From the human T2T-CHM13v2.0 reference genome, Homo sapiens, in the NCBI RefSeq assembly GCF_009914755.1, contig NC_060935.1: a DNA stretch of 64,000 nt; one strand, given 5' to 3'. Each line of letters begins with the position of its first letter. Position 1 is the first letter of the stretch. The notes below the pieces were generated by a model, which saw nothing but the letters and a program-made list of their open reading frames with translations, made no database searches and was not told where the DNA came from. This document shows positions 1 through 12,110 of this stretch, piece by piece. The translations under genes were made by a program, and so were the position numbers.

Positions 1-394
1 GTGGGAAGAAGTGGGAGCCCTGGCCCAACTCGGGGCTAGGAACTTCTCTGGGACGCTCTCCTGGTCTACTGTAAACAGGAGACAGGACCCCACTAGGTGA
101 GGCCCCAGGATGTCCACAGCTTCTCCCTGCCAATCCTTTGTGGAGCTGCTTTTCCACCCTACCCATTTCCTGCCCTGCTTCACGGGGGCAGACAGAGGTG
201 GTCCTCCCTGAGTAATGGGGACCTTTCTGAGAGCTATAGAACATGCAGAGGCAGCCTTAACTGCGTTATAAAGGTGGCAAACTTTTTGTTTCGCTTCCTC
301 CTCTGGGCCCTTTCCTCCCTTTCATCTTCCCTTTCATATGGAATTTCATTCTGACTCTGCTGGTTTCCATCTAAGCCCTGCCTGATTATATATT

Positions 395-645
395 CAACAC
401 ACGCTTAAATAATGTTAAGTGTGCCCTGCACTATTCTAAGCACTTTACAAATATGAATTCATTTAATCTCCATACCAACTCTACTAAGTAGCAGTTATTA
501 TCTCTATTTTACAAATAAGGAAACCAAGGCATGGAGAGGCTAACTACCTTATCCAGGGTCACGCAGTCATTATCTGGCTAAGCTGGGATTTGAACCCAGG
601 GGATTTGGCTCTAGCATCTGTACTCCTGGCCACTACATTGTGCTG
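395..645 (-). mobile_element. MIR SINE
   Basis: Reverse MIR core: TTCTAAGCACTTTACA...ATTTTACAAATAAGGAAACCAAGGCA...GGGATTTGAACCCAGG. Confidence 0.85.
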
Positions 646-1139
646 ATGCTTCTGATGACTCCTGTTATAGGATATTCTCATTTTTTTCTTTGTGTTAGAA
701 AGAAAAGCATGTAAAACATAACTAATGAAGGTATAATAGATAGAATGACATGCCATAGGAGGTAGGGACTCTGTGTGTCCTTCATGACATTCATCCCTGC
801 AGCCAGTGTTTCCAGGGATCATGGGGAAGAAGAAGGGCAGGCTGGTGTATATACTTGTTTGCAGTTTTGAGCCCCTATTCTCAAGGCTCAGCTTGGGTTC
901 CAGGATCAATTGTTTATTTTTTGTTTGTTTGTTTGTTTGCCAATGAAGAGAATCATGGATGTGTGCACAGAGAGCAGCTTGACATCAAATCTTTCTTTAG
1001 CTAGTCTGAAATACAGGGAACCCATGTTGTTGGGGCTAGAGGGACCCTGGGACACCTCTGTTGCATGGGAAAGGCTCCCCTATCTCCCTTTTCTTTTGCA
1101 TTCCTCCAGGGCATTGGCACAGCAATTGGCACACACGGG

Positions 1140-1285
1140 CATGCCAGTCACCTGGAGGCCTTTTTTAAACCCAGGTTGCTTGACCCCACCCCCAGAGTTT
1201 CTGATTCATTGCAGCTAGGTGAGTCCTGAGAATCTGCCGCAACAAGGTCCCAGGTGATGCTGCTGCTCTGGGGACTACCACTGCA
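1140..1285 (-). mobile_element. MER5A-like hAT-Charlie MITE (partial)
   Basis: TCACCTGGAGG...CCCACCCCCAGAGTTTCTGATTCA...AACAAGGTCCCAGGTGATGCTG. Confidence 0.75.
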
Positions 1286-1964
1286 TTAGCAGCAGGAGGT
1301 ACTTCAGTTCTGGACCACCTTGTCAGCTAATTTGACCTCCTGAAGCCATTGAAAGCCACTGGGTTGTGGGGAGTTTAAATGATCTTCTAAGTACACAGAC
1401 TATGTTCTCTACACCCATGCCACCAATAGCATTTCCTTCCCCTTCTCACATGCGTTTAGGTGCTTTCTCCATTATTACAAGACCCTGGAGACACAGAGGA
1501 CCTGGAGTCATTTATTTATTGTGGCTGGAGTATCTTTCTTCCACCTCCTGTAAATCTCTTCTAGCTTTCCTTCATCTGGTTGTGTCCCATTTATTATTTA
1601 TCAAGAGGCTGCTATCTCAATCTCAAGGTGCCCTGAGAATGTTCTAAGGGATAGGGATTGGGGAGAGGGTATGTGGAGATTTCCTTTCCACCTGGGTGAG
1701 GAGAGGGCCAGAGATGTGACTTAACCAAGAGCATAGCCAGCTGTTGGATCTGCCCTACTTGGTGCATCTTCATTTAGATAGCCAAGGGCTATCTAAATCC
1801 AAGAGATGGAAGGAGAAGAGAGAGCTTCAATTTGTGAAGCATCTTCACAACTGGCATCTCGTTTTGGTACATCCCCATGACCCCTGGAAACACTGGCTGC
1901 ACTGGGGAGTAAATGTCCCCATTACTCAGGTGCATCTATGAAGCAGAAAGGGCATGCATTTGCT

Positions 1965-2075
1965 ATCAAGATTGTAAAGATGAAGAAATTGAGGCTCAAA
2001 GTGGTGAAGTCATCTGCCCAAGGTCACACAGCTCATGCTATAGAGTAGAGCTTGGAAAGAAAACCAGGGGTCTTT
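1965..2075 (-). mobile_element. MIR fragment interrupted by the L1 insertion
   Basis: GATGAAGAAATTGAGGCTCA...GCCCAAGGTCACACAGCT ends at the L1 5' junction. Confidence 0.7.
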
Positions 2076-3023
2076 CGAGCTAGCTGCAGGTGTTTTTTTC
2101 ATATCCCAGTGGCACTGGCACACCAGAGAGACAGAACCATTCACTCCCCTGGAAAGGGAGCTGAAGCCAGGGAGACAAGTGGTCTAGCTCAGCAGCTCCC
2201 ACCCCCACAGAGCCCAGCAAGCTAAAATCCACTGGCTTGAAATTCTTGCTGTCAGCATAGCAGTCTGAAGTTGACCTGGGATGCTCAAGCTTGGTGGGGG
2301 GAGGGGCATCTGCCATTACTGAGGTTTGAGTAGGCGGTTTTCCCCTCACAGTGTAAATAAAGCCCCGGGAAGTTCGAACTGGGTGGAGCCCACCACAGCT
2401 CAAAAAGCTGCTGTAGCCAGACTGCCTCTCTAGATTCCTCCTCTCTGGGCAGGGCATCTCTGAAAGAAAGGCAGCAACCCCAGTCAGGGGCTTATAGATA
2501 AAACTCCCATCTCCCTGGGACAGAGCACCTGGGGGAAGGGGCGGCTGTGGGCACAGTTTCAGCAGACTTAAACGTCTGCTGAAACGTCTCTCTGAAGAGA
2601 GCAGTGGATCTCCCAGCACAGCAATCGAGCTCTGCTAAGAGACAGACTGCCTTCTCAAGTGGGTCGCTGACCCCTGTGCCTCCTGACTGGGAGACACCTC
2701 CCAGCAGGGGTTTACAGACACCTCATACAAGAGAGCACCAGCTGGCATCTGGCGAGTGCCCCTCTCTGATGAAGTTTCCAAAGGAAGAAACAGGCAGCAA
2801 TCTTTGCTGTTCTGCAGCCTCTGCTGGTGATACCCTGGCAAAGAGGGTCTGGAGTGGACCTCCAGCAAACTCCAGCAGACCTGCAGCAGAGGGGCCTGAC
2901 CGTTAGAAGGCAAACTAACAAACAGAAAGGAATAGCATCAACATTAACAAAAAGGATGTCCACACAAAAACCCCATCTGAAGGTCACCAACATCAAAGAC
3001 CAAAGGTGGATAAATCCATGAAG

Positions 3024-4040
3024 ATGAGGAAAAACCAGCACAAAAAGGCTGAAAATTCCAAAAACCAGATGACCTCTTCCCCTACAAAGGATCACAACTC
3101 CTCACCAGCAAGGGAACAAAACTGGACGGAGAATGAGTTTGAAAAATTGACAGAAGTAGGCCTCAGAAGGTGGGTAATAACAAACTCCTTCCAGCTAAGG
3201 GAGCATGTTCTAACCCAATGCAAGGAAGCTAAGAACCTTGAAAAAAGGTTAGAGGAATTGGTAACTAGAATAACCAGTTTAGAAAGCATAAATGACCTGA
3301 TGGAGCTGAAAAACACAGTACGAGAACTTCGTGAAGCATAAACAAGTATCAATACCCAAATCAATCAAGTGGAAGAAAGGATATCAGAGATTGAGGATTA
3401 ACTTAATGAAATAAAGCATGAAGACAAGATTAGAGAAAAAAGAATGAAAAGGAATGAACAAATCCTCCAAGAAATATGGGACTATGTGAAAAGACCAAAC
3501 CTACGTTTGATTGGTGTACCTGAAAGTGATGGGGAGAATGAAACCAAGTTGGTAAACACTCTTCAGGATATTATCCAGAAGAACTTCCACATCCTATCAA
3601 AACAGGCCAACGTTCAAATTCAGGAAATACAGAGAACACCACAAAGATACTCCTCGAGAAGAGCAACCCCAAAACATATAATCATCAAATTCACTAAGGT
3701 TGAAATGAAGGAAAAAATGTTAAGGGCAGCCAGAGAGAAAGGTCTGGTTACCCATAAAGGGAAGCCCATCAGACTAACTGCAGATCTCTCTGTAGAAACC
3801 CTACAAGCCAGAAGAGAGTGGGGGCCAATATTCAATATTTTTAAAGAAAAGAATTTTCAACCCAGAATTTCATATCCAGCCAAACTAAGCCTCACAAGCG
3901 AAGGAGAAATAAAATCCATTAGAGACAAGCAAATGCTGATTTTATCACCACCAGGCCTGCTTTATAAGATTGTGAAGGAAGCACTAAATATGGAAAGGAA
4001 AAACCAATACCAGCCACTGCAAAAACATACCAAATTGTAA
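3024..4040 (+). pseudogene. L1 ORF1p (RNA-binding chaperone), disrupted
   Basis: ORF fragments 3006-3341 and 3444-4040 (QEIWDYVKRPNLRLIGVPE, LQARREWGPIFN); premature stop at 3339-3341 and a frameshift near 3940. Confidence 0.92.
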
Positions 4041-4103
4041 AGACCATTGACACTATGAAGAAACTGCATCAACTAACAGGCAAAATAACCAGCTAGCATC
4101 ATA

Positions 4104-7100
4104 ATGACAGGATCAAATTCACACATAACAATATTAACCTTAAATGTAAATGGGCTAAATGCCCCATTTAAAAGACACAGACTAGCAAATTGGATAGAGT
4201 GAAGACCCATCTATGTGCTGTATTCAGGAGACCCATCTCACATACAAAGAAACACATAGGCTCAAAATAAAGGGATGGAGGAATATTTACCAAGCAAATG
4301 GAAAGCAAAAACAAAAACCAAACAACCAAACAAACAAACAAAATGGGTTGCAATCCTAGTTCTCTGATAAAACAGACTTTAAACCAACAAAGATCAAAAA
4401 AGAGAAAGAAGGGCATTACATAATGGTAAAGGGATCAATGCAACAAGAAGAGCTAACTATCCTAAATATATATGCACCAAATACAGGATCACCCAGATTT
4501 ATAAAGCAAGATCTTAGAGACCTACAAAGAGACTTAGACTTCTACACAATAATAGTGGGAGATTTTAACACCCCACTGTCAATATTAGACAGATCAATGA
4601 GACAGAAAATTAACAAGGATATGCAGGACTTGAACTCAGCTCTGGACCAAGCAGACCTAATAGACATTGACAGAACTCTCCACCCCAAATCAACAGAATA
4701 TACCATCTTCTCAGCACCACATCTCACTTATTCTAAAACTGACCACATAATTGAAAGTAAAACACTCCTCAGCAAATGCAAAAGAATGGAAATCATAAAA
4801 GACAGTCTCTCAGATGACAGTGCGATCAAATTAGAACTCAGGATTAAGAAACTCAATCAAAACTGCACAACTACATGGAAACTGAACAACCTGCTCCTGA
4901 ATGACTACTGGGTAAATAATGAAGTTAAGGCAGAAATAAATAAGTTATTTGAAACCAGTGAGAACAAAGACACAGTGTACTAGAATCTCTGGGATACAGC
5001 TAAAGCAGTGTTTAAAGGGAAATTTATAGTACTAAATGCCCACAGGAGAAAGCAGGAAGGATCTAAAATTGACACCCTAACATCATAATTAAAAGTACTA
5101 GTGAAACAAGAGCAAAAAAATTCAAAAACTAGCAGAAGACAAGAAATAACTAAGATCAGAGCAGAAATGAAGGAGATAGAGACACGAAAAACCCTTCAAA
5201 AAATCAATGAATCCAGAAGCTGGTTTTTTGAGAAGATTAACAAAGAGATAGACTGCTAGCCAGACTAATAAAAAAGAAAAGAGAGAAGAGTCAAATAGAC
5301 ATAATAAAAAATGGTAAAGGGGATATCACTACTGATCTTACAGAAATACAAACTACCATCAGAGAATACTATAAACACCTCTACGCAAATAAACTGGAAA
5401 ATCTAGAAGAAATAGATAAATTCCTGAACACATACACCCTTCCAGGGTAAAGCAGGAAGAAGTCAAATCCCTGAATAGATCAATAACAAGTTCTGAAATT
5501 GAGGCAGTAATTAATAGCCTACCAACTAAAAAAAGCCCAGGACCCAACGGATTCACAGACAAATTCTACCAGAGGTACAAAGAGGAGTTGGTACCATTGT
5601 TTCTGAAACTATTCCAAACAGTAGAAAAAGAGGGAATCCTCCCTAACTCTTTTTATGAGACCAGCATCATCCTGATACCAAAACCTGGCAGAGACACAAC
5701 AAAAAAAGAAAATTTCAGGCCAATATCCCTGATGAACATCGATGCAAAAATCCTCAATAAAATACTGGCAAACTGAATCCAGCAGCACATCGAAAAGCTA
5801 ATCCACCATGATCGAGTTGGCTTCATCCCTGGGATACAAGCCTGGTTCAACATACACAAATCAATAAACATATTCCATTACATAAACAGAACCAATGACA
5901 AAAACCACATGATTATCTCAGTAGATGCAGGAAAGGCCTTCGATAAAATTCAACACCCCTTCATGCTAAAAACTCTCAATAAACCAAGTATTGATGGAAC
6001 ATAGCTCAAAATCAAAAGAGCTATTTATGACAAAACCACAACCAACATCATACTAAATGGGCAAAAGCTGGGAGAATTCCCTTCGAAAACCCGCACAAGA
6101 CAAGTATGCCCTCTCTCACGACTCCTATTCAACATATTATTGGAAGTTCTGGCCAGGGTAATCAGGCAAGAGAAAGAAATAAAGGGTATTCAAATAGAAA
6201 GAGAGGAAACCAAATTGTCTCTCTTTTCAGATGACATGATTGTATATTTAGAAAACCCCATTGTCTCAGCCCAAAATCTCCTTAAGCTGATAAGCAACTT
6301 CAGCAAAGTCTCAGGATACAAAATCAATGTGCAAAAATCACAAGCATTCCTATACACCAATAATAGACAAACAGAGAGCCAAATCATGAGTGAACTCCCA
6401 TTCACAATTGCTACAAAGTGAATAAAACACCTAGGAATAAAACTTACAAGGTATGTGAAGGACCTCTTCAAGGAGAACTACAAAGCACTGCTCAAGGAAA
6501 TAAGAGAGGACACAACCAAATGGAAAAACATTCCATGCTCATGGATAGGAAGAATCAATATTGTTAAAATGGCCATACTGCCCAAAGTAATTTATAGACT
6601 TTATGCTATCCCCATCAAGCTACCATTGACTTTCTTCACAGAATTAGAAAAAAACTACTTTAAATTTCATAAGGAACCAAAAAAGAGCCCGTACAGCCAA
6701 GACAATCCTAAGCAAAAAGAACAAAACTGGAGGCATCACACTACCTGACTTCAAACTATATTACAAGGCTACAATAACCGAAACAGCAAGGTACTGGGAC
6801 CAAACAGATATATAGACCAATGGAACAGATCAGAGGCCTCAGAAATAGTGCCACACATCTACAACCACCTGATCTTTGACAAACCTGACAAAAACAAGCA
6901 ATGGGGAAAGGATTCCCTATTTAATAAATGGTGTTGGGAAAACTGGCTAGCCATATGCAGAAAACTGAAACTGTACCGCTTCCTTACACCTTATACAAAC
7001 ATTAACTCAAGGTGGATTAAAGACTTAAACGTAAGATCTAAAACCATAAAAACTCTGGAAGAAAACCTAGGCAATACCATTCAGGATGTAGGCGTGGGCA

Positions 7101-7977
7101 AAGACTTCATGACTAAAACAGCAAAAGCAATGGCAAGAAAAGCCACAATTGACCAATGGGATCTAATTAAACTAAAGAGCTTCTGCACAGCAAAAGAAAC
7201 TATCATCAGAGTGAACAGGCAACCTACAGAATGGGAGAAAATTTTTGCAATCTATCCGTCTGACAAAGGGCTAGTATCCAGAATCTATAAGGAACTTCAA
7301 CAAATTTACCAGAAAAAAACACAACCCCATCAAAAAGTGGGCAATGGATATGAACAGACACTTCTCAAAAGAAGACATTTATGTGGCCAAAAAACACATG
7401 GAAAAAAGCTCATCATCACTGATAATTAGAGAAATGCAAATCAAAATCACAATGAGATACCATCCCATGCCAATTGGAATTGTGATCATTAAAGAGTCAG
7501 GAAACAACAGATGCTGGAGAGGATGTGGAGAAATAGGAACACTTTTACACTGTTGGTGGGATTGTAAATTAGTTCAATCATTATGGAAGGCAGTGCGGTG
7601 ATTCCTCAAGGATCTAGAACAAGAAATACCATTTGATCCAACAATCCCATTACTGGGTATATACCCAAAGGATTGTAAATCATTCTACTATAAAGACACA
7701 TGCACACGCATGTTTATTGCAGCACTATTCACAATAGCAAAGACTTGGAAATAGCAAAGACTTGGAACCAACCCAAATGCCGACTGGATAAAGACAACGT
7801 GACACATATACACCATGGAATACTGGGTAAATAATGGAACACTATGCAGCCATAAAAAAGGATGAGTTCATGTCCTTTTCAGGGACATGGATGAAGCTGG
7901 AAACCATCATTCTCGGTAAACTAACACAGGAGCAAAAAACCAAACACCACATGTTCTCACTTATAGTGGGAGTCGAA
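4104..7977 (+). pseudogene. L1 ORF2p (APE endonuclease / reverse transcriptase), disrupted
   Basis: ATGACAGGATCAAATTC start; fragments with EN motifs ([16 protein letters not shown]), RT motifs ([32 protein letters not shown]) and C-terminal [18 protein letters not shown]; many stops and frameshifts. Confidence 0.93.
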
Positions 7978-8259
7978 CAACGAGAACACATGGACCTGGG
8001 GAGGGGAATATCACACACTGGGGCCTGTCAGGGGATGGGCGTCTAGGGGAGGGATAGCATTAACAGAAATACCTAATGTAGATGATGGGTTGATGGGTCC
8101 AGAAAACCACCATGGCATGTGTATACCTATGTAACAAACCTGCATGTTCTGCACATGTATCTCAGAACTCAAAGTATGAAAAACAACAAAACAAAAGGGT
8201 GTCTTCTCTATGACTTTCTGACTTTCTGGCATCAAGATAGTACAAGCAAACAGTCTATC

Positions 8260-9060
8260 ACTCAATCAACCTCTCAATCTGTCAGTGTTCATTGAGAGCC
8301 TCCTATTTGACAGGCTGAATGATAGGGGCTGAGAGTGAGCTATGAACAAGTTCTACATTGCATCTGCTTTCAGGAAACCTACAGTCTAGGAGGGAGGCTA
8401 GACACTGAGAGAAGAATTACTAAATGGGATGAGCATTTCCAGAGGGGAACATGCAGGTGGTGTGAGGCTTACAGCCCAGAGATGCCTTCTCACCTTGGGC
8501 TTGGATGAGTGTTCACTGAAAACATGTTTTCTAAGCTGAAACTCTTATTCAAGGATGAACAGAATTTGGGAGATGAAGGACAGGGAAAAGGCATTCCAGA
8601 CAGAGCGATCAGCATGTGTAATCACATCTTACCAGCATATGATGGTGGGAGAGCGTAGGGGCACATTTAAGGAACTGAAAGACCTGTGGATCTGAAGCAA
8701 AATAAGCCAAGGGGAGAATGGATTGAGACGGGGTTGGAAAAAGAGGCAGCAGCCAGATCATAGAAGGTTTGGCAGATGATCAAAATGGCTTGGGGCATTT
8801 TTCTAAGGGTTGTCCAAAGCCATTGAAGGGCTTGTGGTGGTGGGGTGTTGTGATCAGAGTTGCATCTGTTATATAGCTGGGTGGCCAGAGTGGAGTCAGG
8901 GAGACCGGTTAGGCTATAGTGGGAGTCCAGGTAGGAGGATGATGGGCTCATCTCTGGTAGTGGCAGTAAAGAGTGATAGCAGGGCATGGATTCCAGACAT
9001 AGATGACTTGTAGGCTTAGTTAAGGGTATTTGGGAGGTAAGGGAGGAGGCAAGGATAACA
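8260..9060 (-). mobile_element. L2 LINE relic
   Basis: Reverse L2 tail (TTCATTGAGAGCCTCCTAT) followed by purine-rich L2 body (GGCATTCCAGACAGAG, AGCCATTGAAGGG). Confidence 0.7.
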
Positions 9061-10119
9061 GTAGTGAGTGCAGTAATAGGGGCTCAAGGAGGGTATACAG
9101 ACCTGTATATATGTGATGAGATGTATGCCTTGAGTCTGGGAGCTGAGCCCTGGAGATTCAAGGGTCAGTGGCACTGCGGGGCTGGCACTGTGCTGGAGTT
9201 TGGGTGCCTTCCCTTTCTTTCATGGCCCCTGCCTGCAAGTAGCTCACCTTCTATGAACTGTAGTTTGCTCATCTTTGTTGTTGAAATGCTGTTTCACAAT
9301 TATTTGCTCTTTCAAAAACATGTGACTTTCTTACTATCTTTAGAGGAGAGGCACTGCAGGTGAGCCTCATCAAAAGCACTTGCAGAAATCCATCATGAGC
9401 CAATTAGAAAACTTAGGAAACATGTCTGATATGGAGGAATCTCATGAATATGATTCTCCTGGCAATGCAGGCAGAACTTTTTTCCAGCAGCGTGCATACC
9501 TCAGGACAGCTGAGGAGGAGGTTGCTGCAGCAATCGACTGCTCCTCCCTTTCTGTGCTTTGCTTGGCATGAGAAAGGAACCGTGGCAGGTGGGGCTTCGA
9601 GACCCGCTTCTCAGTCTGATGTGAAGATGTGGGGAATGATAGAAATGCATATTCCAAATTCTTTTCATTTCCTTGTAGACAGGATTGAGCAAGGATCTTC
9701 CATTTGTTTACACACTTGGTGAGTGAGTAAACCACTCACACACTTAGAAACAAACCAGTCCACCATAATGAAACTGGAAGGAACATCAGAGATCCTGCAG
9801 TTCAACAGATGCTTCTGAGAAATGGAGAAGAAGTGAATTAAGAGTCAGTTTAAACTCAGTGAAAGGAAACTGAACTGGAATCAGAAGAAGGTAGGCCTGA
9901 AGTTTGCGTCGGGTACATACTTGGAAAGTTATGTAAGCTCTTGAGAATAATTCCTTCCTTGCCTGCCTTTGGCAGTTTGCTGTGAGGGTGAGATGAACGA
10001 ATGAGCAAAGCCGTGGGTCAGGGCTTTGTAAATAGCCGTGGCAGTTCTTTCCTAATGGCATTGCATCAGTAGCTGGAGAGCAAGCAGTAAGGTGAGGTCC
10101 TCTGAGTCAGTCTACTACG

Positions 10120-10270
10120 CCCACGTTACTGTCTTTAAAAGTTACATTGACCTATGGGCGGTTGTGTTTTTCCCATGTCACTGTCTTTAGAAGTGATGTT
10201 GACCTATGGACTGTTGTGTTTCTCCCATGTCGCTGTCTTTAGTAGTGACGTTAGCCTATGGGCTGTTGTG
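10120..10270. repeat. 52-bp minisatellite, ~2.9 copies
   Basis: Units start at 10120, 10172 and 10224; consensus CCCATGTCACTGTCTTTAGAAGTGACGTTGACCTATGGGCTGTTGTGTTTTT. Confidence 0.9.
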
Positions 10271-10304
10271 CAGTTTGGAAAAAAACAAAATATGGGTGAC
10301 TTAT

Positions 10305-10965
10305 ATGCACACTAGAATGGCTAATTAAAAAGATAAAAAAATGCCAGGTGTTGGCAAGGATATGGAACAACTAAAAGTTGCACACACTGTTGGTGGGAGT
10401 GAAAATTGGTGTGACTGATATGAAAAACTGTCAGTATCCACTAACCTAAACATGTCTGTATACTATGACTGAGTTATTCCATTCCTAGGTACACACCCAA
10501 AAGAAATGAAGGCAAAAGTAATCTGCTAGAATGTTCATAGCAACATTACTTAGCCAAAATCTGAGTAGTATTCATATACTCATTAAAGATAGAATGAAGT
10601 CTGTTTATACAGTGGACTACTACACATCAATGAGAACAAACTAAGCTACATGCAACAGTATGGATCAATCTTGCAGACATAATGTTGAACAAAAGAAGCC
10701 AGACACAAGACTCCATACGTACGATTTCACTTCTATAAAGTTCCAAATAGGCAAAACCAATATCAGGTATTAGGTATTAAGATAATGTTTACCCTTGGAG
10801 CAAGAGAGTGACCATAATAGAATGGAGCATGAGGGGGCTTCTAGGATGAAGTTGATGTTTTATTTCTTTTTCTGGGTGCAGTTCAGTATTTGAAAATTCA
10901 TTGAGCTGTACACTTATGAATTATGCATTGTCCTGTCTTCTGTTATGCTTCAATTAAAAGCTAAG
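10305..10965 (+). mobile_element. Old L1 (L1ME-type) 3' end
   Basis: GTGTTGGCAAGGATATGGAACAACT, AAAAGAAGCCAGACACAAGA, TTCATTGAGCTGTACACTTATGA. Confidence 0.8.
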
Positions 10966-11519
10966 CTAACAAGGAAAACAAAACAGAACTCAAGGGTGAC
11001 CTCCACGGTGCATGGCAGGGTGCTAGGTGGGCCTGCCCTCCTCCCCACAGCCTGCCATAACTAGATCTCTGAGGATGTTGCTGCCTCTGAAGGTGTTAAG
11101 CAGCTGCTCTCTCTAGCCTTGTACTGTGGGACGCCTGGCCTTGGCTTTGATGCTGTGGCTGCTGGTGGAGGGGTCATAGTCGATGGACCTGCCTTTCCCT
11201 TCTCTCCATCTCTTCATGTTCACCTGCCCCAAGCCCTCCAGCCCTCTCAGCTGCATCCCAAATGGAAGCCATGCTTCCCTGGGTCCTCAGAGCTCAACTC
11301 TGCCTCCTTTGCCCACCTGCTGCAGTCCAGGTTCCCATCACACAGCTGCCTCTGTACTAGCCCAGCATCCATCACAGAGGACCAGAGTGCGCAGCTGGAA
11401 GATGACCTGGCTCTAAGGCACGCATGCTCACATGTGTCCACGCTGGGGGAAGGGCCGAGACTCACAGAGCATTTCCTAACAGAAGGCTCACATGCTCCAA
11501 GGTGTCACTTGGATGAACA

Positions 11520-11760
11520 GTTTATAATTTAATTGTTATCAATTTATTTTGTTGCATATAAGGAAGGAATATAATCAGTGCACTAAACCCTTGATGTTAT
11601 GTATATTATTGCTTAGGAGGATATTAACTTTTTAAAAATTAGTTGATTTAAATTTGATCTAAAGACAAACATTAAGTATTAGCATATGTGATATGAGGAT
11701 ATGGCAAAAATCATGGAGGTGGAAATTTTGAAAACTGAGGCTGGAAATGGTGGGAGAAAC
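11520..11760 (-). mobile_element. hAT-Charlie relic (MER113-like)
   Basis: AT-rich body ending GATATGGCAAAAATCATGGAGGTGG, resembling the MER113 terminus. Confidence 0.5.
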
Positions 11761-11826
11761 AACATAATGATTCTAATTCCTAACACTGATGACTTGAGAG
11801 CCCATGAAGTGCCTTAAGAGAGAGGC

Positions 11827-11851
11827 TTTTTTTTTTTTTTTTTTTTTTTTT
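11827..11851. repeat. poly(T)25
   Basis: Uninterrupted run of 25 T. Confidence 0.95.
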
Positions 11852-11924
11852 GCCCAAGCATGAGAAGTTAAGATAATGACCATGACCATTAACCCTTATT
11901 ACAAATGAAGGAGCAGAGCCCCTG

Positions 11925-12110
11925 AGGGGCAGTGGTGAGAATACAGGGCTTCAAAGCCAGGCCAGCCTGGAATCACATCCTGACTCCTCATTTTCTTGCT
12001 GTGTGACACTGTACAAGTCACCTAGTGTCTCTGAGCAACAGGTTTCTTACCTGTAACGAAAAGCTTTATACCTGCATCATGGGGTTGTTATAAGGCTTAG
12101 AAGAGATGTT
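11925..12110 (+). mobile_element. MIR
   Basis: GCTGTGTGACACTGTACAAGTCAC...TCTCTGAGC...TTTCTTACCTGTAA. Confidence 0.75.

Larger units (their letters stand above)
2076..8196 (+). mobile_element. Near-full-length inactive LINE-1, L1PA7/L1PA8-like, lacking the start of the 5'UTR
   Basis: 5'UTR of L1PA7/8 type (GAGCTAGCTGCAGG...CTTATAGATAAAACTCCCATCTCCCTGGG), ORF1 and ORF2 homology, 3'UTR and A-rich tail at 8178-8196; only a degenerate TSD (AAAACCAGGGGTCTT at 2060 vs AAAACAAAAGGGTGTCTT at 8188). Confidence 0.95.

Noticed and set aside
2080-2619. 179-aa antisense ORF in the L1 5'UTR (ORF0-like?)
   Set aside because: GC-rich L1PA7/8 5'UTRs often give long antisense ORFs; this one has a non-ATG start and I cannot support homology to ORF0 or expression
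2076-8196. Active or retrotransposition-competent L1
   Set aside because: Start of the 5'UTR promoter is missing, both ORFs have multiple stops and frameshifts, and the tail is decayed
10120-10270. CRISPR-like array
   Set aside because: Contiguous tandem units with no unique spacers, no cas genes, eukaryotic context
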